From the NCBI RefSeq assembly GCF_006345805.1, contig NC_043013.1, positions 55,614,001 through 55,678,000 of the forward strand: a stretch of DNA of 64,000 bases, read 5' to 3'. Below the pieces are notes generated by a model, which saw only the letters and a program-made list of their open reading frames with translations, made no database searches and was not told the DNA's origin. The position numbers and the translations under genes are program-made. Of the stretch, positions 49,406 through 62,965 are shown piece by piece. The DNA comes from Octopus sinensis (Eukaryota). Each line of letters begins with the position of its first letter. Position 1 is the stretch's first letter.

Positions 49406-49625
49406 TCCTTTAACATTCAGATTACTTTGTCAAATGTAATGCTTATCTATTCTCATTCTTTTCAATTAATCCTGCATTATTTCATAGCTTTGAGATTTAA
49501 TAGATGTGATTATTTATTTTTAGAATGGCATTACAGGGTAGGTATGAGAGGCTAGATCTGGTCAGTTTGAACAAAAAACAAGTAGAATATTTGGGCCAGA
49601 AGTGGCTTGTTTAAATGCTAAAGGG
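49406..49625 (+). mobile_element. 220-bp MITE with piggyBac-like ends
   Basis: TTAA (49402-49405) then tcctttaacatt ... aatgctaaaggg then TTCA. The ends are imperfect inverted repeats; the 22.6 kb copy preserves TTAA-CCCTTTAGCAT. Confidence 0.6.
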
Positions 49626-52600
49626 TTCATAGAATAAAGTATCAGTTAAGTACAAGAGTCAATGGTACCAGCTGTACCCCGGCCATCAAAAATGCTAGTC
49701 TTGTGCCTAAATTAGGGGTAAGTGCTTATACACCAATATATTCTGACTAGTGTGATTAAATCAAATTGTTTGGTTCTAAATTCCAAAAATATTATGGAAT
49801 ACAAAGAGTAAAGAGGTCAATGATCAAAATCAATCAGGATAAGGTTGCTAGACCAAATCCTCATCACCACTATTTAACTCCCATTCTCCATGCTGGCATG
49901 GCTTGGATGATTTGACAGGAGCTGATGAGCCAGAGAACTGCACCAGGTTCCAATGTCTGCTTGGGCATGGTTTCTGTAACTGGATGAGCTTCTTAATGCC
50001 AACCATTTTACAGAGTACAGGGGGTGCATTTTACGTGGCACTGGCACTAGTGAGTTCCTCAAGTAACATTCAAGACAAGATCCCCTTGAATTAGGGTTGG
50101 GTGTTGTAGTGAGGGAAGTGGCTTTATGCCACAGATTGAGAAGTTAAAAGTAAGGTAGTCATCTTGCAGAAGAGATGCCAGGGTGCCTCACTTGGAAAAT
50201 GAGAGAAGATGGTAAAGAGGATCATGTCATACCCTCAAATTATAGATTGATATAGAGATTTTGCTGATGTTAATTCTAGATTAGCCCTAATCAAGAAGAC
50301 TGATGGGAAAGGAGCCCTTCCAACCATGACTATTCTACTTAGTTTCAAGTACACTGTGTCTAAAGCTATAGTATACTTCTATTTTTAAGACAACAAGATA
50401 TAATATAAGGGATATTTCATTGCTATTTCTAGCAATTCAAGTGGTCACATAATGACTCTGTATTGTTGGCTTTTTGATATTTTTGTTTTAAAGCTTTATC
50501 GAACAACATGAAGTCTAGCAGAGTATTTTCTTCAGCTACAATTCGGTAAAGCAAAGCTGAAGTATAAGACAGACAATCACGAGTAAGATAAAACCTAAAT
50601 GTTTCCTACAGTCAGGCTCATACTGTGATGACTGCCATCATCTTTGATCTATGCACAACAGTCTTATATTTCGATACGGAATAATCTTAGATGAACCAGA
50701 AGAAAATAGCTCTGTCTCACATAGAAAACTATTTGCCATAATGTACTTGAATTATTAATGTAATATCTCAGGATATTGTACATCAACAACAATTCTCAAT
50801 TCTTTCTAGTCTAGATGCCAGTTGCACAGCTGGTTGGAATATTGTTTATCTCTTTCTCTCAACATTTCGGTGCAAAATTCCAAACCATTGAAATAGAATC
50901 ATAGAGTTTACATCTTGATTCTTTTATCTTTTACTTATTTCAGCCATTAGAGTGTGACCATGCTGGGACACTACCTTGAAGAGTTGTTTTTTAGTCACCT
51001 GTATCGATCTCAGGACTTATTATTTTTCTTAGCATAAAATCCAGCACTAATTTTATCAGTCCCTTTTGCTGAAGCGCTAAGTTGCAGAGACATAAATACA
51101 CCAACACTGGTGGTCAAGCAGTGGTGTGGGAAAAACACACACACACACACACATCTATCTACCCATCTATCTGTCTACATTAACAATGAGCTTCTTTCAG
51201 TTTTGCATCTACCAAATCCACAGCTATAGTAGAAGGCACTTGCCCAAGGTGCCTCACAGTGGGACTGAACCTAGTACCATGTGGTTAGGAAGCAAACTTC
51301 TTATCGCACAGCTACAGAGAACAGGAATCTCCTTTAAATATACGATCACTAACCATTAGCATAAATTATTACAATAACCCTTTTTGAATGCTAAAAGAAA
51401 AAAGGCGAAGCAAATGAATGGGAATTCAGTTCTGGTCTTAAGACTCTTTAAACATTCCACTGATATTTGCACCACATAAGCAAGATAAACCTTTGAGTTT
51501 TGTGTTACTGACAACAATTCTAAAGTGATTGAATAATAAATTCTGAAATTCTTGTGAATCGCTGCCATTTAAACAGCAAATACAATTGGCTCTTTTCAAA
51601 TTGCTCCTATTTACACTTTTACCAATCTTACAGTATCTTGCATCTACACTAACACTTTAATCCTAATCAATACTGTTAAAACCGCAGATACTGGAGGCTA
51701 CTTCTCATCAGACCACTACAATTAAATCACCTGCAATCTTAGCATAACTTTCTGCATAATTTCTTGTGCTCTGCAATTAGCTTCATTATCACTGCTGCAA
51801 TGCATGTTATTAATACAGCAACCATTGCAACAAGTAGTCACACCAAATCACTTTAAATAAAATTGGAATTCGGAAGATAATCACCAGCTTTGCTCTAAGT
51901 AGCAAAGTTAACAGAGCAGTAAAACTAGCAATTATTCAGTAGATAGATAATTACTTGAATCTTCAAATGTGATTGTATAAGATTAATGAAAAACTCTTCT
52001 GGATATAGTCGGACTAATTTTGTATAATACTTATATAGACTTCTTACAGTAAACCGGGCATCTTATGATTGAGATGACTTAAGAAAATAATCCATTTGAA
52101 AAGCAGATTAATGAAATGGTATGGAAACATAAATAATATGGAAATGTCTGTCAATTGAGAATGTAGATTCCAATAAAACATTTCTGATACATTATATTGT
52201 TATTACTTTGTGTTTCGTAGTTCCGATCTTCAAGTAAGCATAATAATTAATGTCAGAATAAAAATATAAACTGTTGATCAGCAACATCAATTGCTGTTAC
52301 GAGCGTGTTCTCATTCCCTGATCTGTTGCTAAGATGAGAGAGAAACTTAGAGAAACATCCACACTGATCAAAAGCAATAGTCAAGCATAAAGTTCGGTTA
52401 AGAGCCTTTCAAGACTTGTAATTTAGTAAAAGAAAGAGAGAGAAAAAAAAGAAGAGAAAAAGGAAGAACAGATGCTGATAAAAGCTAATCATTAAAAGGA
52501 GATGCTATTTCGGATGTAATTCCAAGATTTCAGTCTTGGTAATACATTAAAAAGAAAAGATATTGGTCATGTAAGTTTAAGAGTAAGCAACATCAAAAGA

Positions 52601-55545
52601 AGGTAAGTTAGTGCCATGTAAACGGTAAAAGTAACTGACTTAGAAAGAACATTCATTATCCAAAGTTTCCAACCAACAATCACAGAATAAGTTGCAATTC
52701 TCCGAAAAACAACTTCTGAAAATAAGACATTTTTACAAGAATTCTTGATTTGTTAAATAAATAATTTCCAAAGTTATTAAATATTCTTATGCAAAGTAAA
52801 AATAGAATTATGTTTAAAAATATTTTGAGTTTAAACTTTAAAGAAAATTGGAAAAATTGGGCAAACAAAATGTTTAAGCTGATAAAGTTTGGACTGTTAT
52901 ATCATACGGTCATTATTATTAGATATTGCTTTCAAATAGTAAATTCTTAATATTATTTAATTTAACATCATCATAGGTGGTGGTGGTGGTGGTGGCAGCT
53001 GAAGCAGGATTGTCACCATCATCCTCATCACACACTCTCCTCATCATCATCACCACTATCATCATTATCATCATCACCATCATCATTTATTGTTTTTGAT
53101 ATCTACTTTTCCATGCTTGCAGGAGTCTTACAGAATTAATTGAGGTGGATTTTCTTTGAGTGGATGCTCTTCCCATCACCAATCTTCACCTGCTTCCAAC
53201 TCAAGTAATAAAGTAATATTTCTTCTAATTCTTCAAAGGGAACCACATATTGGTCAGACATGTTTCCATGGAAGATTGCAAATCAACAACATTGCTGTTT
53301 GCTTACAGTTAGTGTGCAAAATAAAGACAAGGACACTAAAAGCTTACACACACACACACACACTTCTATGAAATTCATTCACAAAGCATTTGGTTGGCCG
53401 AAGGTTTTAGTAAGCAGGCACTTTTTCAAGGTGATGCTTAATGAGACAGAACCCAAGACCACGTGGTTGAGGACTGGACTTCTCAACCACACAGCCATAA
53501 CAAATTACATGGTGCCAATTCCCAGCAGAAGAACTGGAAGAATTTTGGATGATTCGTTACCAATATTGTTAGCATGTAACTATCTATAGAATATTACTAT
53601 AAATATAACCTTATATGGAAGACTGCTACGTCTCCAACAAAGGTTGTGATGAATAATAGATATTATTCGTCTTATCTGATAACCTAATGGAGTAAACATG
53701 TATCTTCCCAACAACTAGGCACCTGTTCCTGCTCTCTCATCATTTGTTAACCTCTCCACCTGCCATGCATAAAGCCACCACTCTCAATACCACTCCCCCT
53801 CCATGGCCCAGTCTTGTTTTGCGAGGTTACACATGACCTCACAAAAGTCAGCAACACAAAACACACCCAGTCTGCTCTCTTAAGTGGTTGGCATCAGGAA
53901 AGGCATCTAACAACAGAAATCATGCCAAACAAGACATTGAAGCTTGGCGCAGTCATTGGTTCACCTGATCCTGTGAAGCCATTAAACCAATGCCAGCATG
54001 GAAAACGAATGATGAATAATGATGAATAATGAGCACTGTGAAAGACGTTGTGAATGTAATATTGTCAAATCTATTGGAACCATTTGTCACATGGCAAGGT
54101 CAGCGGTTTTAATAATATTTTACAGGGTTTGATCCCCTTTAAGTTGAGAAGTATATATCTGTTGGAAATCTCGTGCAACATGATAAGGTTCTACATTCTC
54201 AAGAACTGAAATTAAAGGTTGAAAGAGAGAACTAAAAGTAATTTATCCTGAATAATATTTAAACTCTACCAATTCCAATATGTTTCTACACATCACTCTA
54301 AAAATTAAAATCCAGTTCTGTTTGAGTGTGATCATTGCCAGTGCCGCCTGACTGGCACTCATGCTGGTGGTATGTAAAAAGCACCCACTACACTCTTGGA
54401 GTGGTTGGCATTAGGAAGGGCATCCAGCTGTCAAACATTGCCAGATCAGATTGGGGCCTGGTGTAGCCTCCTAGCTTGCCAGTCCCCAGTCAAACCATCC
54501 AACCCATGCCAACATGGAAAGTGAATGTTAAACGATGACGACAATGATGATGATGATGTTCCATTTACTTTTGGGAGGAAAACCACATTATAAACATTTT
54601 GGTGCGATACATAATCATTATCCTTAATTAACCTTCATTAGTACAATTAATGCTATGATGTACTGTAGAACTACACTGCTATAGGTCTGAGTCAGCGCTG
54701 CATATATAAATTAATTTAAACTAATTAAGTACAGGGAAAAGTTATAAATAACTTTTTGCTTTTTTGTAAAAAGGCACAACGAAGAGAAAAGAACATCAAC
54801 CAGGCTCTAGTTTCAAATCTCATTATGTTTCCATTAGGAACTGTTTAACATGCTTTTTATTGGCTCATAGTCCAACTCCATGTATAACCTCTATAATTAG
54901 GAGCTTTTCTAAATTAAGTATTATGAGTTGCATAACGGACACATTCTTTACTGTTAGTCTTGGTCAAATATATTACTGAGGTTTTTGTTTACTTCCTGAT
55001 GATAAGGATTTGAGTTCAGTCCTACTCTGGTGGCATTTTGAGTAAGTGTTTTTGAACATGACACCAGACTGACCAAAGCCTTGTGAGCAGATTTAATAGA
55101 CAAAAAATAAAGAAGTCTATCATATATAGTGTGTGTGTGTGTGTGTGTGTGTATTATCATCATCATCATCATCATTTAGCATCTATTGTCCATGCTGGTA
55201 TGAGTTGGACAGTTTGACCAGGGCTGGCAAGGTGGAAGGCTGCACCAGACTTCAGTCTCATTTTGCATGGTTTCTACAGCTGGATGCCCTTCCTAATGCC
55301 AACCACTTCAAGAGTGTAATGGGTGCTTTTATGTTCCACCAGCATGGGTGCCATTTATGTGACGCTGGTATCTGCCATAAATGTGATTTTGCATGGCTTG
55401 ATGGGTCTTCTTTTCAAGCATGATATATTGCCAAAGGTCTTGGTCATAGCTTCCATGGGGCAGAGGGACCAGTTACGTGACTCCAGCATCAGCCACGACT
55501 ATGATTTAACTTGGCTTGATGGGTCTTCTCAAGCACAGTATATCG

Positions 55546-55614
<69 letters not shown>

Positions 55615-55789
55615 CATACACATATTATATATATATAAATACATACAGACACACACATATACACATTCACACCCACCCACACACATACACACACACAGAG
55701 GTGGTGGCTCATGGCTCAGTGGCTACAGTACTCAGTTCATGATCATAAAGTCATGAGTTTGATTCCTGTGTGCATGTGTCCTTAACTAA

Positions 55790-58700
55790 AAAGGAATTGT
55801 ACCTGTAATTGAACAGGGGCCAGCCTTGTTACAGACTAATGCTGCTACCAAAATGACAGTAGATGGTAAAACCTGCGGCTGTTTCCCAAACAGAAACCCA
55901 AACAGAAATTCTGGAGAGAGGGCCCCTAAAGCAGTTAATGGAGAGGAATGATCCAAACTATCTTCTGGCAGCCCCTGCAACTTTGCTGGTTCAAAATGTA
56001 TTAACCTTGTCTCTCCTTTGGAGTAAATCAGTGAAGTCAAGAGGGGAACTGGGCAAATTGGGTAAGGCACATTCTCCATATATTCAGAGCCAAAGCATTT
56101 AGCTTAGCCAAGGACTTAGAATTCCTGGGAGGACGTGGCAAAAAAAAAAAAAGAGAGAGCATACGGAGAGGACACTTCATCCTTGCTGTAAGAGGCAAAG
56201 GAAACAACACGCAAGTGGCAGTTTATGGGGTAAACAGGCATCCTTATTTGGTGAAGTGGGATGTTACCATGGGTCATCTTTGACAATGGGAGTGGTTATT
56301 CAATCACACTGATTAGCTACTGCGCATCTTAAACTGGGCAATCTCCTGTCAGTAAGGTGCTGATCCACTACATCCGTCTGCTGCTAAGGATGTATGGAGC
56401 TAGGATAAAGACCGAAAAGCAGACATAAAGCCCAGCACATAGCGAAAGAGGAAGAAAATTGAAATTGACCCCATTGAAACTGGGGACTTGGAATGTCAGA
56501 ACAATGACAACTAGAATGGACATTACCGACCTGGACAAAACAGGGGACATCAGGAAAACGGCAGTCATTGACAGGGAGCTCACATGGCTAAATGTAGACA
56601 TCACTGCCCTGCAAGAGACAATGGATTAGGGAAAGAAATCACACATTTTTCTGGAAGTGCCTTGGGGAAGATGAGAGGAGAATCCATGGTGTGGGGTTCA
56701 CAGTACACAACAGATTGCTGAACAAAATCAGTACTCCTCGAGGCATATCTGAGTACATCACTATCATGGAAGTGGGGACTAAAACTGGAAGGGCCCATCT
56801 CATTAGTACCTATGCCCGGATTCTAACAGCAGAAAATGAGAAGAAAGATCAGTTCTAAGAGGACCTTCAGGATGTGCTCAACAGACAAACTCTTTCTCAT
56901 GGGTGCTTTCAATGCAAGAGAAGGCACTGATCACCAAGCATGGCCCAACTGCCTTGGACAGTTTGGACTGGAAAAAATCTATGAAAACGGACAGAGGCTT
57001 TTAGAATTCTGCACAAATAACAAACCTGTGCATTACAAACACCTTCTCAATGGCAAAGACCAGCATAAAGTTTCTTGGTGCCATCCAAGATCAGGTCATT
57101 GGCACCAGATTGACTTTGTCATCGTCAGAAAGAATGATGTCAACACTATGAAGCAAACAGGATCCTTCCACAGTGCAGACTGTAACACAGATCATCTGTT
57201 GGCTATAGCCAAGGTAAAGACTGTCACAAAGAAAACACCAAGAGCCAAAATCTCAAAGAAACCTAAACACAACACAAAAAACACCCAAGATCCAGCAATG
57301 AGAACCAAAATTCAAGAATATCTTGAAAAACAGTTTCAAAACCTAGATAGCTTATCCCCTGGCGACATGTGGAACAATATGAAATCAGCAATACATGATT
57401 CTGCATCGAGGGCCTTTGGAATGGATTGACATTCCAAGGAGGACTGGATCAAAGCCAATGCATTAATACTAATGCCATTACTTGATAAAAAGTGAAAGAT
57501 CTTCATAAAGTACAAGAGAAAGCCAACAGAAAGTAGAAAGCAACAGGTACGTGCTGCAAAATCCAACCTTCAAAAGGAAACTTAGAAAATTTGCCAACCA
57601 GTCCTGGGATAAATCATGCTTAGAAATTCAACAGGCGAGTGACATGGGTAACATCAGGAAAATGTATGAGAAGATCAGAGTTGCTATCGGACCAACAGTG
57701 AGTAAAGTAGCACCTCTCAAGTCTGCAATAGGTGACCAGCTGACGGACAAGAAGAAAATATGGAAAGATGGGTGGAACATTACATTCAATTGAACTCAAA
57801 GGAGCGAGATATTGATAGACAGATTAATGAGGCCAGTCCTCAGCTCCCCAAAATGACAGAACTTGACATACCACCAACAGAAGAACTCTCCACTGCAATC
57901 GATGAACGTGCAAGTGGAAAAGAACCCAGGAATGATACTATACCTGCTGAAGTGTTGAAAGAGAGCAAAGATGCCCTCCTTCCACATTTATACAAGTTAC
58001 TAAAGATGTGTTCGTTGGAAGTAAAAATTCCACAAGATATGAGAGATCCCAAGATCATCACTCTACAAAAATAAAGGGGACACGGGAGATTGCAATAACT
58101 ACAGAGGCATCTCACTTCTGAGCATCATTGGAAAAGCTTTTGCGAGGATCATTCTGAAACGACTTCAGAAGCCAGCAGAAAGAGTACTACCAGAGAGCCA
58201 GTGCGGCTTTAGATCCAACCGCTCAACAATGGATGTGATCTTCTCCATTCGTCAACTACAAGAAAAATGCAGGGAGCAGTGATTCCCACTATATATAGCA
58301 TTTGTCGATCTGACAAAGGCATTTGATACAGTCAGCAGACCAGGACTGTACATGGTGCTTGGGAAATATGGCTGTCCCCCAATACTGCAGCAGCACATTG
58401 TTTCGTTCCATGATGACATGGAGGCCACCATTCAGTTTGACAGCTTAATATCATCAAATAGCTTCAACATCAACAGCGGAGTAAAACAAGGTTGTGTCTT
58501 AGCACCAAACCTTTTCAGCATTTACTTTATTGCTGCAGTATGCATTTCAAGAGTTGCCGGGAGATGTCTGCCTTTGTTGGAGAACTAATGGGTCACTCTT
58601 TGATCTTTCTAGACTTCAGGCCAAGACTAAGATCAATAGAGCAACAATATGCAACAATAGAGCAACAACGCCGACTATGCGGCACTTGTTGCTCACAGTG

Positions 58701-59669
58701 AATTAAATCTACAAATAATGATGGACCACCGGTCATCAGCATGCAAGGCCTTCAGTTTGGACATCATTGTAAAGAAGACAGTTATCCTCACCCAGGAAGG
58801 CGCAGTGAAAGGCTACATCAAGCTTGATGACAGTGGACAGCTTCTGCTATCTAGGGTCTACCATTTCCTCTATTGCTTCATTGTAGATGAGATTAATGTC
58901 AGGATAAGGAAGGCAGCAACAACTTTTGGAAGGCTGACAAAGCGAGTATGGAAGAAGAAGAGATTAGACATCAAGACAAAGATCAGGATTTATGAAGCAT
59001 GTGTTCTCCGCACACTCCTCTGTGGATCTGAGACATGGACCTTGGACAGCAGACAGGAAAGGTGCCTCGGCATCTTCCATCTCAGATGCCTCCACAAGGT
59101 CTTAGGCATAACATGGTATGACAAGGTCACCAATGTTGAAGTGCTGGCCCAGGCGAATCTTCAAAGCATGACAGCTATCCTGTGTATGAGAAGTCTGAGG
59201 TGACTGGGGCCTGTCAGGAGAATGGATGACCATCGAATCTTGAAGCAACTGCTCTATGGAGAACTGGCCCAGGGCAAGAGACCAAGGAGAAGACCAAAAC
59301 TGAGGTAGATGGACACTTGCAAAACTAGTTTGTCCAAGTGTGAGGTGGATGTCAGCAGCTGGGAAGAGAGGGCTGAGGAGAGAACAACATGGAGGACTGT
59401 GGTGAAGGAAGGAACTGCTTTGCTGGAGAGCAGCTACAGAGACAAACAAGTTGAGAAACGGTCAGCGGCGAAAGGAAAACAACAGAAATGCCGAGCACTG
59501 AGAGCCACCCTCTTGGTATGCAAGTGCGGTGACAGAAGCTGTGCTTCAGTCATAGGAAGAATCAGCCATGAAAGAAGCTGCAAGAAAGGGAAGCCCTGAT
59601 ACATTCGATTAAGGGACCCCTACGCTAAATTGACCGTCTACATAGACGAAAAGGGACAATTATTATTAT
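55790..59669 (+). mobile_element. Near-full-length, dead RTE-BovB-like LINE (APE + RT)
   Basis: LKLGTWNVRTM...DITALQET (from ~56475), FLMGAFNAR, HWHQIDFVIVR and SADCNTDH (APE). RT: NNYRGISLLSIIGKAF, ESQCGFRSNRSTMDVIF, AFVDLTKAFDTVSR, SGVKQGCVLAP; the catalytic FADD is mutated to NADY (58667-58678). C-terminal LLYGELAQGKRPRGRP and C-x-C...HERSC. Many stops and frameshifts; the 5' boundary (55790-56450) is uncertain. Confidence 0.92.
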
Positions 59670-59714
59670 CTATCTATATATATTTGAATATACCAATGTG
59701 TATATATAGATAAA

Positions 59715-59781
<67 letters not shown>

Positions 59782-59840
59782 GCATGCATGTATGTATGTG
59801 TGTGTGTGCATATATATCTGTATATCTGTATGTATGTATG

Positions 59841-59909
<69 letters not shown>

Positions 59910-59925
59910 TGTATGTACAGATTGA
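59670..59925. repeat. (TA)n/(TATG)n microsatellite at the LINE 3' end
   Basis: Directly visible. Confidence 0.97.
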
Positions 59926-60338
59926 AGATAATTATTTATGGACCATTCAACATTTAACTAATTTCCATTACTCTACGCACACATACAGAACCACTCGTAG
60001 TTATAGATTTATCCTCTCATATATATTCGAACATCAAAGACATCTCAGTAATTTATTAGTTTAATTAGCATATAAGATTAATTTTCTTTACAGAATTTCT
60101 CCTTATGAAAGACAGTATGAAAATGAATATCTACATCACAATGAGTTTCTTTTACTTCTTTGAATCATTCAACTGTGGCCATGCTGGGGCAGCACCTTCA
60201 ACAGTTTAATGAACTATCTTTCTCTTAGAATATAATTCAATATGATGCTTATTTTATTGATTGTGTTTGTTGAACTGCTATGTTATGGGATATGAAAAGA
60301 CACAAACACTGATGAGACCAGCTTTTAGACTGATTTAA

Positions 60339-60369
<31 letters not shown>

Positions 60370-60659
60370 CATACATATATAAATACAGCTGTGAGTTTAA
60401 GATGTCTGCTTTACAAGACCCTGTGGTTTTTGCTTTGATCCTATTGCATGGCATCCAGGATATGTATCTTGTAACACCCTGAGTGACCAATGCCTTGGCA
60501 GTGAAACTCTGCAAAGCTTGTTGTCTGTGTGCTTTGCTTCCAGGTTCAGTTCCAGTGTGGAACTTTGCACAAGCGCCCTATGCTATAGTCTTGGATTGAC
60601 CAAAGCCTCGTGAGTGGATTTGGTCGATGGAAACTGAAAGAAGCCTGTCATAAATATAT

Positions 60660-60830
60660 ATATATATATAGTTGGAATTTACAAAAAAAAAAGGCAATGA
60701 CAGGTGTGTAAACAAGAAACAGGTGTATTAGTTTAATGCTCGGGAAGGTGAGGAAGTCTTTTACATTTCGAGCCTGTGCTCTTCAACAGAAAGGAACACG
60801 AGAAAATAAACAGAGAGAGAAAAAAAAAAG
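60660..60830 (-). mobile_element. Penelope-like 3' terminal remnant with hammerhead-like motif (60758-60793)
   Basis: Minus strand CTTT-CTGTTGA-A-GAGC-acag-GCTC-GAAA-TG-T-A-AAAG: stem I CTTT/AAAG and stem II GAGC/GCTC are perfect. The element ends in AAC followed by (TA)n. Confidence 0.5.
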
Positions 60831-61424
60831 AAAGCTTTAGTAGCTAGGGGTCAATGATGGTGATGGCCAGACAGAGATGATCAGACAGGTGAGCTAGAAA
60901 GAAGGACATATAGATAAATAGGTAGATAGATAGACAGATAATGTCTTCTACACACTTCCCTTCTACAAAATACCACTCACAGGGTAATAGTCAGACTTTC
61001 CTTTTATAAAAGACATTTGTCCAACTTGCTTCATGGTGAGATTGAACTAGTAAACACATGATTGCAAAACGAATTTCTTGACCAAAACGGCCATTCCTTT
61101 GCTTTATATTGTTGCAAAGTCATCACCATTCAATCAGTAGAAGCACCGGACTGTCTTTAGCACTGAATCACTGTAATAAATTCTTCACACACCACTGAAA
61201 GGCAGTTTAATTTTCCAAGCCAATGATACCATACTTTAATACACAACATGCTTAGATATTATAATCTCTTGCTCCCTTTATATATATTCTGTTGTTCTCA
61301 TTTTACGCATGTATTGGTTCCTTTCAATACACTGTTGGTTGTATTATATACAATCTATATATTATACATACATTCTGTTATATTGTGTTACATAAGCATG
61401 CTGCTGGATATATTATATTATAAA

Positions 61425-61647
<223 letters not shown>

Positions 61648-61675
61648 TAGCAATGCACCCTTGTGTTGCCCAGGT

Positions 61676-62176
61676 GTTATTACCACTTCGAACATTGGGC
61701 CTCACTGAGGTAATGACTACTTTGGAAATATGCTGTGCTAGTGGAGCTCTAAGGGTACCATCCAAGCGTGATCATTGCCAGAGCAACAAATTTGCTTCTG
61801 TGCCGGTGGCACGTTAAAGACACCATTCGAGCGTGATCGTTACCTGTGCTGCCTTACTGGCACTTTTGCTGGTAGCGTGTGAAAAACATTCGAGCGAGGT
61901 CATTGCCAGTGCCGCTGGAGTGGCTCTTGTGCAGGTGGCACATAAAAACACCATTTGAGTGTGGCTGTTGCCAGTACTGCCTGAATGGCCCTCGTGCCGG
62001 TGATATGTAAAAACCCCCACTACACTCTCGGAGTGGTTGGCATTAGGAAGGGCATTCAGCTGTAGAAACTCTGCCAGATCAGATTGGAGCCTGGCGCAGC
62101 CATCTGGTTCGCCAGACCTCACTCAAATTGTCCAACCCATGCTAGCATGGAAAGCAGATGTTAAACGATGATGATG

Positions 62177-62215
<39 letters not shown>
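61676..62215 (+). mobile_element. RTE LINE 3' end (last ORF2 codons, UTR array, tail)
   Basis: LRTLGLTEVMTT corresponds to HRTLGLTKEMTS in the 17 kb copy; four UTR units, ccatgctagcatgg and a long (GAT)n tail. Confidence 0.88.
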
Positions 62216-62926
62216 TTCTGTTCTTATGGGCAGAATCGGCACGTGAGAAGTATGAAGCAAACTATTCTTTATAAACATGTTTTTGGTCATTTTCTGATGA
62301 CCAACGGTGCAGTTTCCATCTGCCAAATTCAGTCAAAAGTCTGTGGTTGGCCTAGGGCTATAGTAGAAAACACTTGCCCTAGGTACCGTGCAGAGGGACT
62401 GAACGTGGAACCATGTGGCTGGGAAGCAAATTTCTCAACCACACTCCTCGCTCCTAATATGTGTTTCCATTTGTTGCTAAATCGAGTATTGTTCCCCACT
62501 ATGTCTTAAAGTTAGCAGTTCATCAAGCAGGGATCTATAAAATAAATGTCAGGTTGAAATACGTACTGATGTTAGTATGATCAATTAAATTTTTGAAGGT
62601 GATGCCCCATCATGGCAACAGTTGAAAGACTAAACCCAGTAAAATAATGTTTAAAGACTTAATGGCTTCAAATTTAAGGCAACGGATTACTGACCACAAG
62701 ATAATGAGTTGAAAACTTCATATTGAGCTTACCCTCTGTACGATAACCATACATGTACCTCTCAGTCTACTTAGTTTCCAACAATTAACACTTGTAATTT
62801 GAAGTTGAATGGTTAGCAGGAAGAAAGGTGTCCAGATTTCTTTTAAAAAAAGTATTGTGTAAAATATTCTGAGAAAAAGTAATTTTTTCACTGCAACAAA
62901 GAAAACACACACCACACACACACACA

Positions 62927-62965
<39 letters not shown>

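Noticed and set aside
54620-54740. TAAT-site cluster with AP-1 (TGAGTCA) and TATA-like motif
   Set aside because: Such motifs are expected by chance at this AT content and there is no associated gene.
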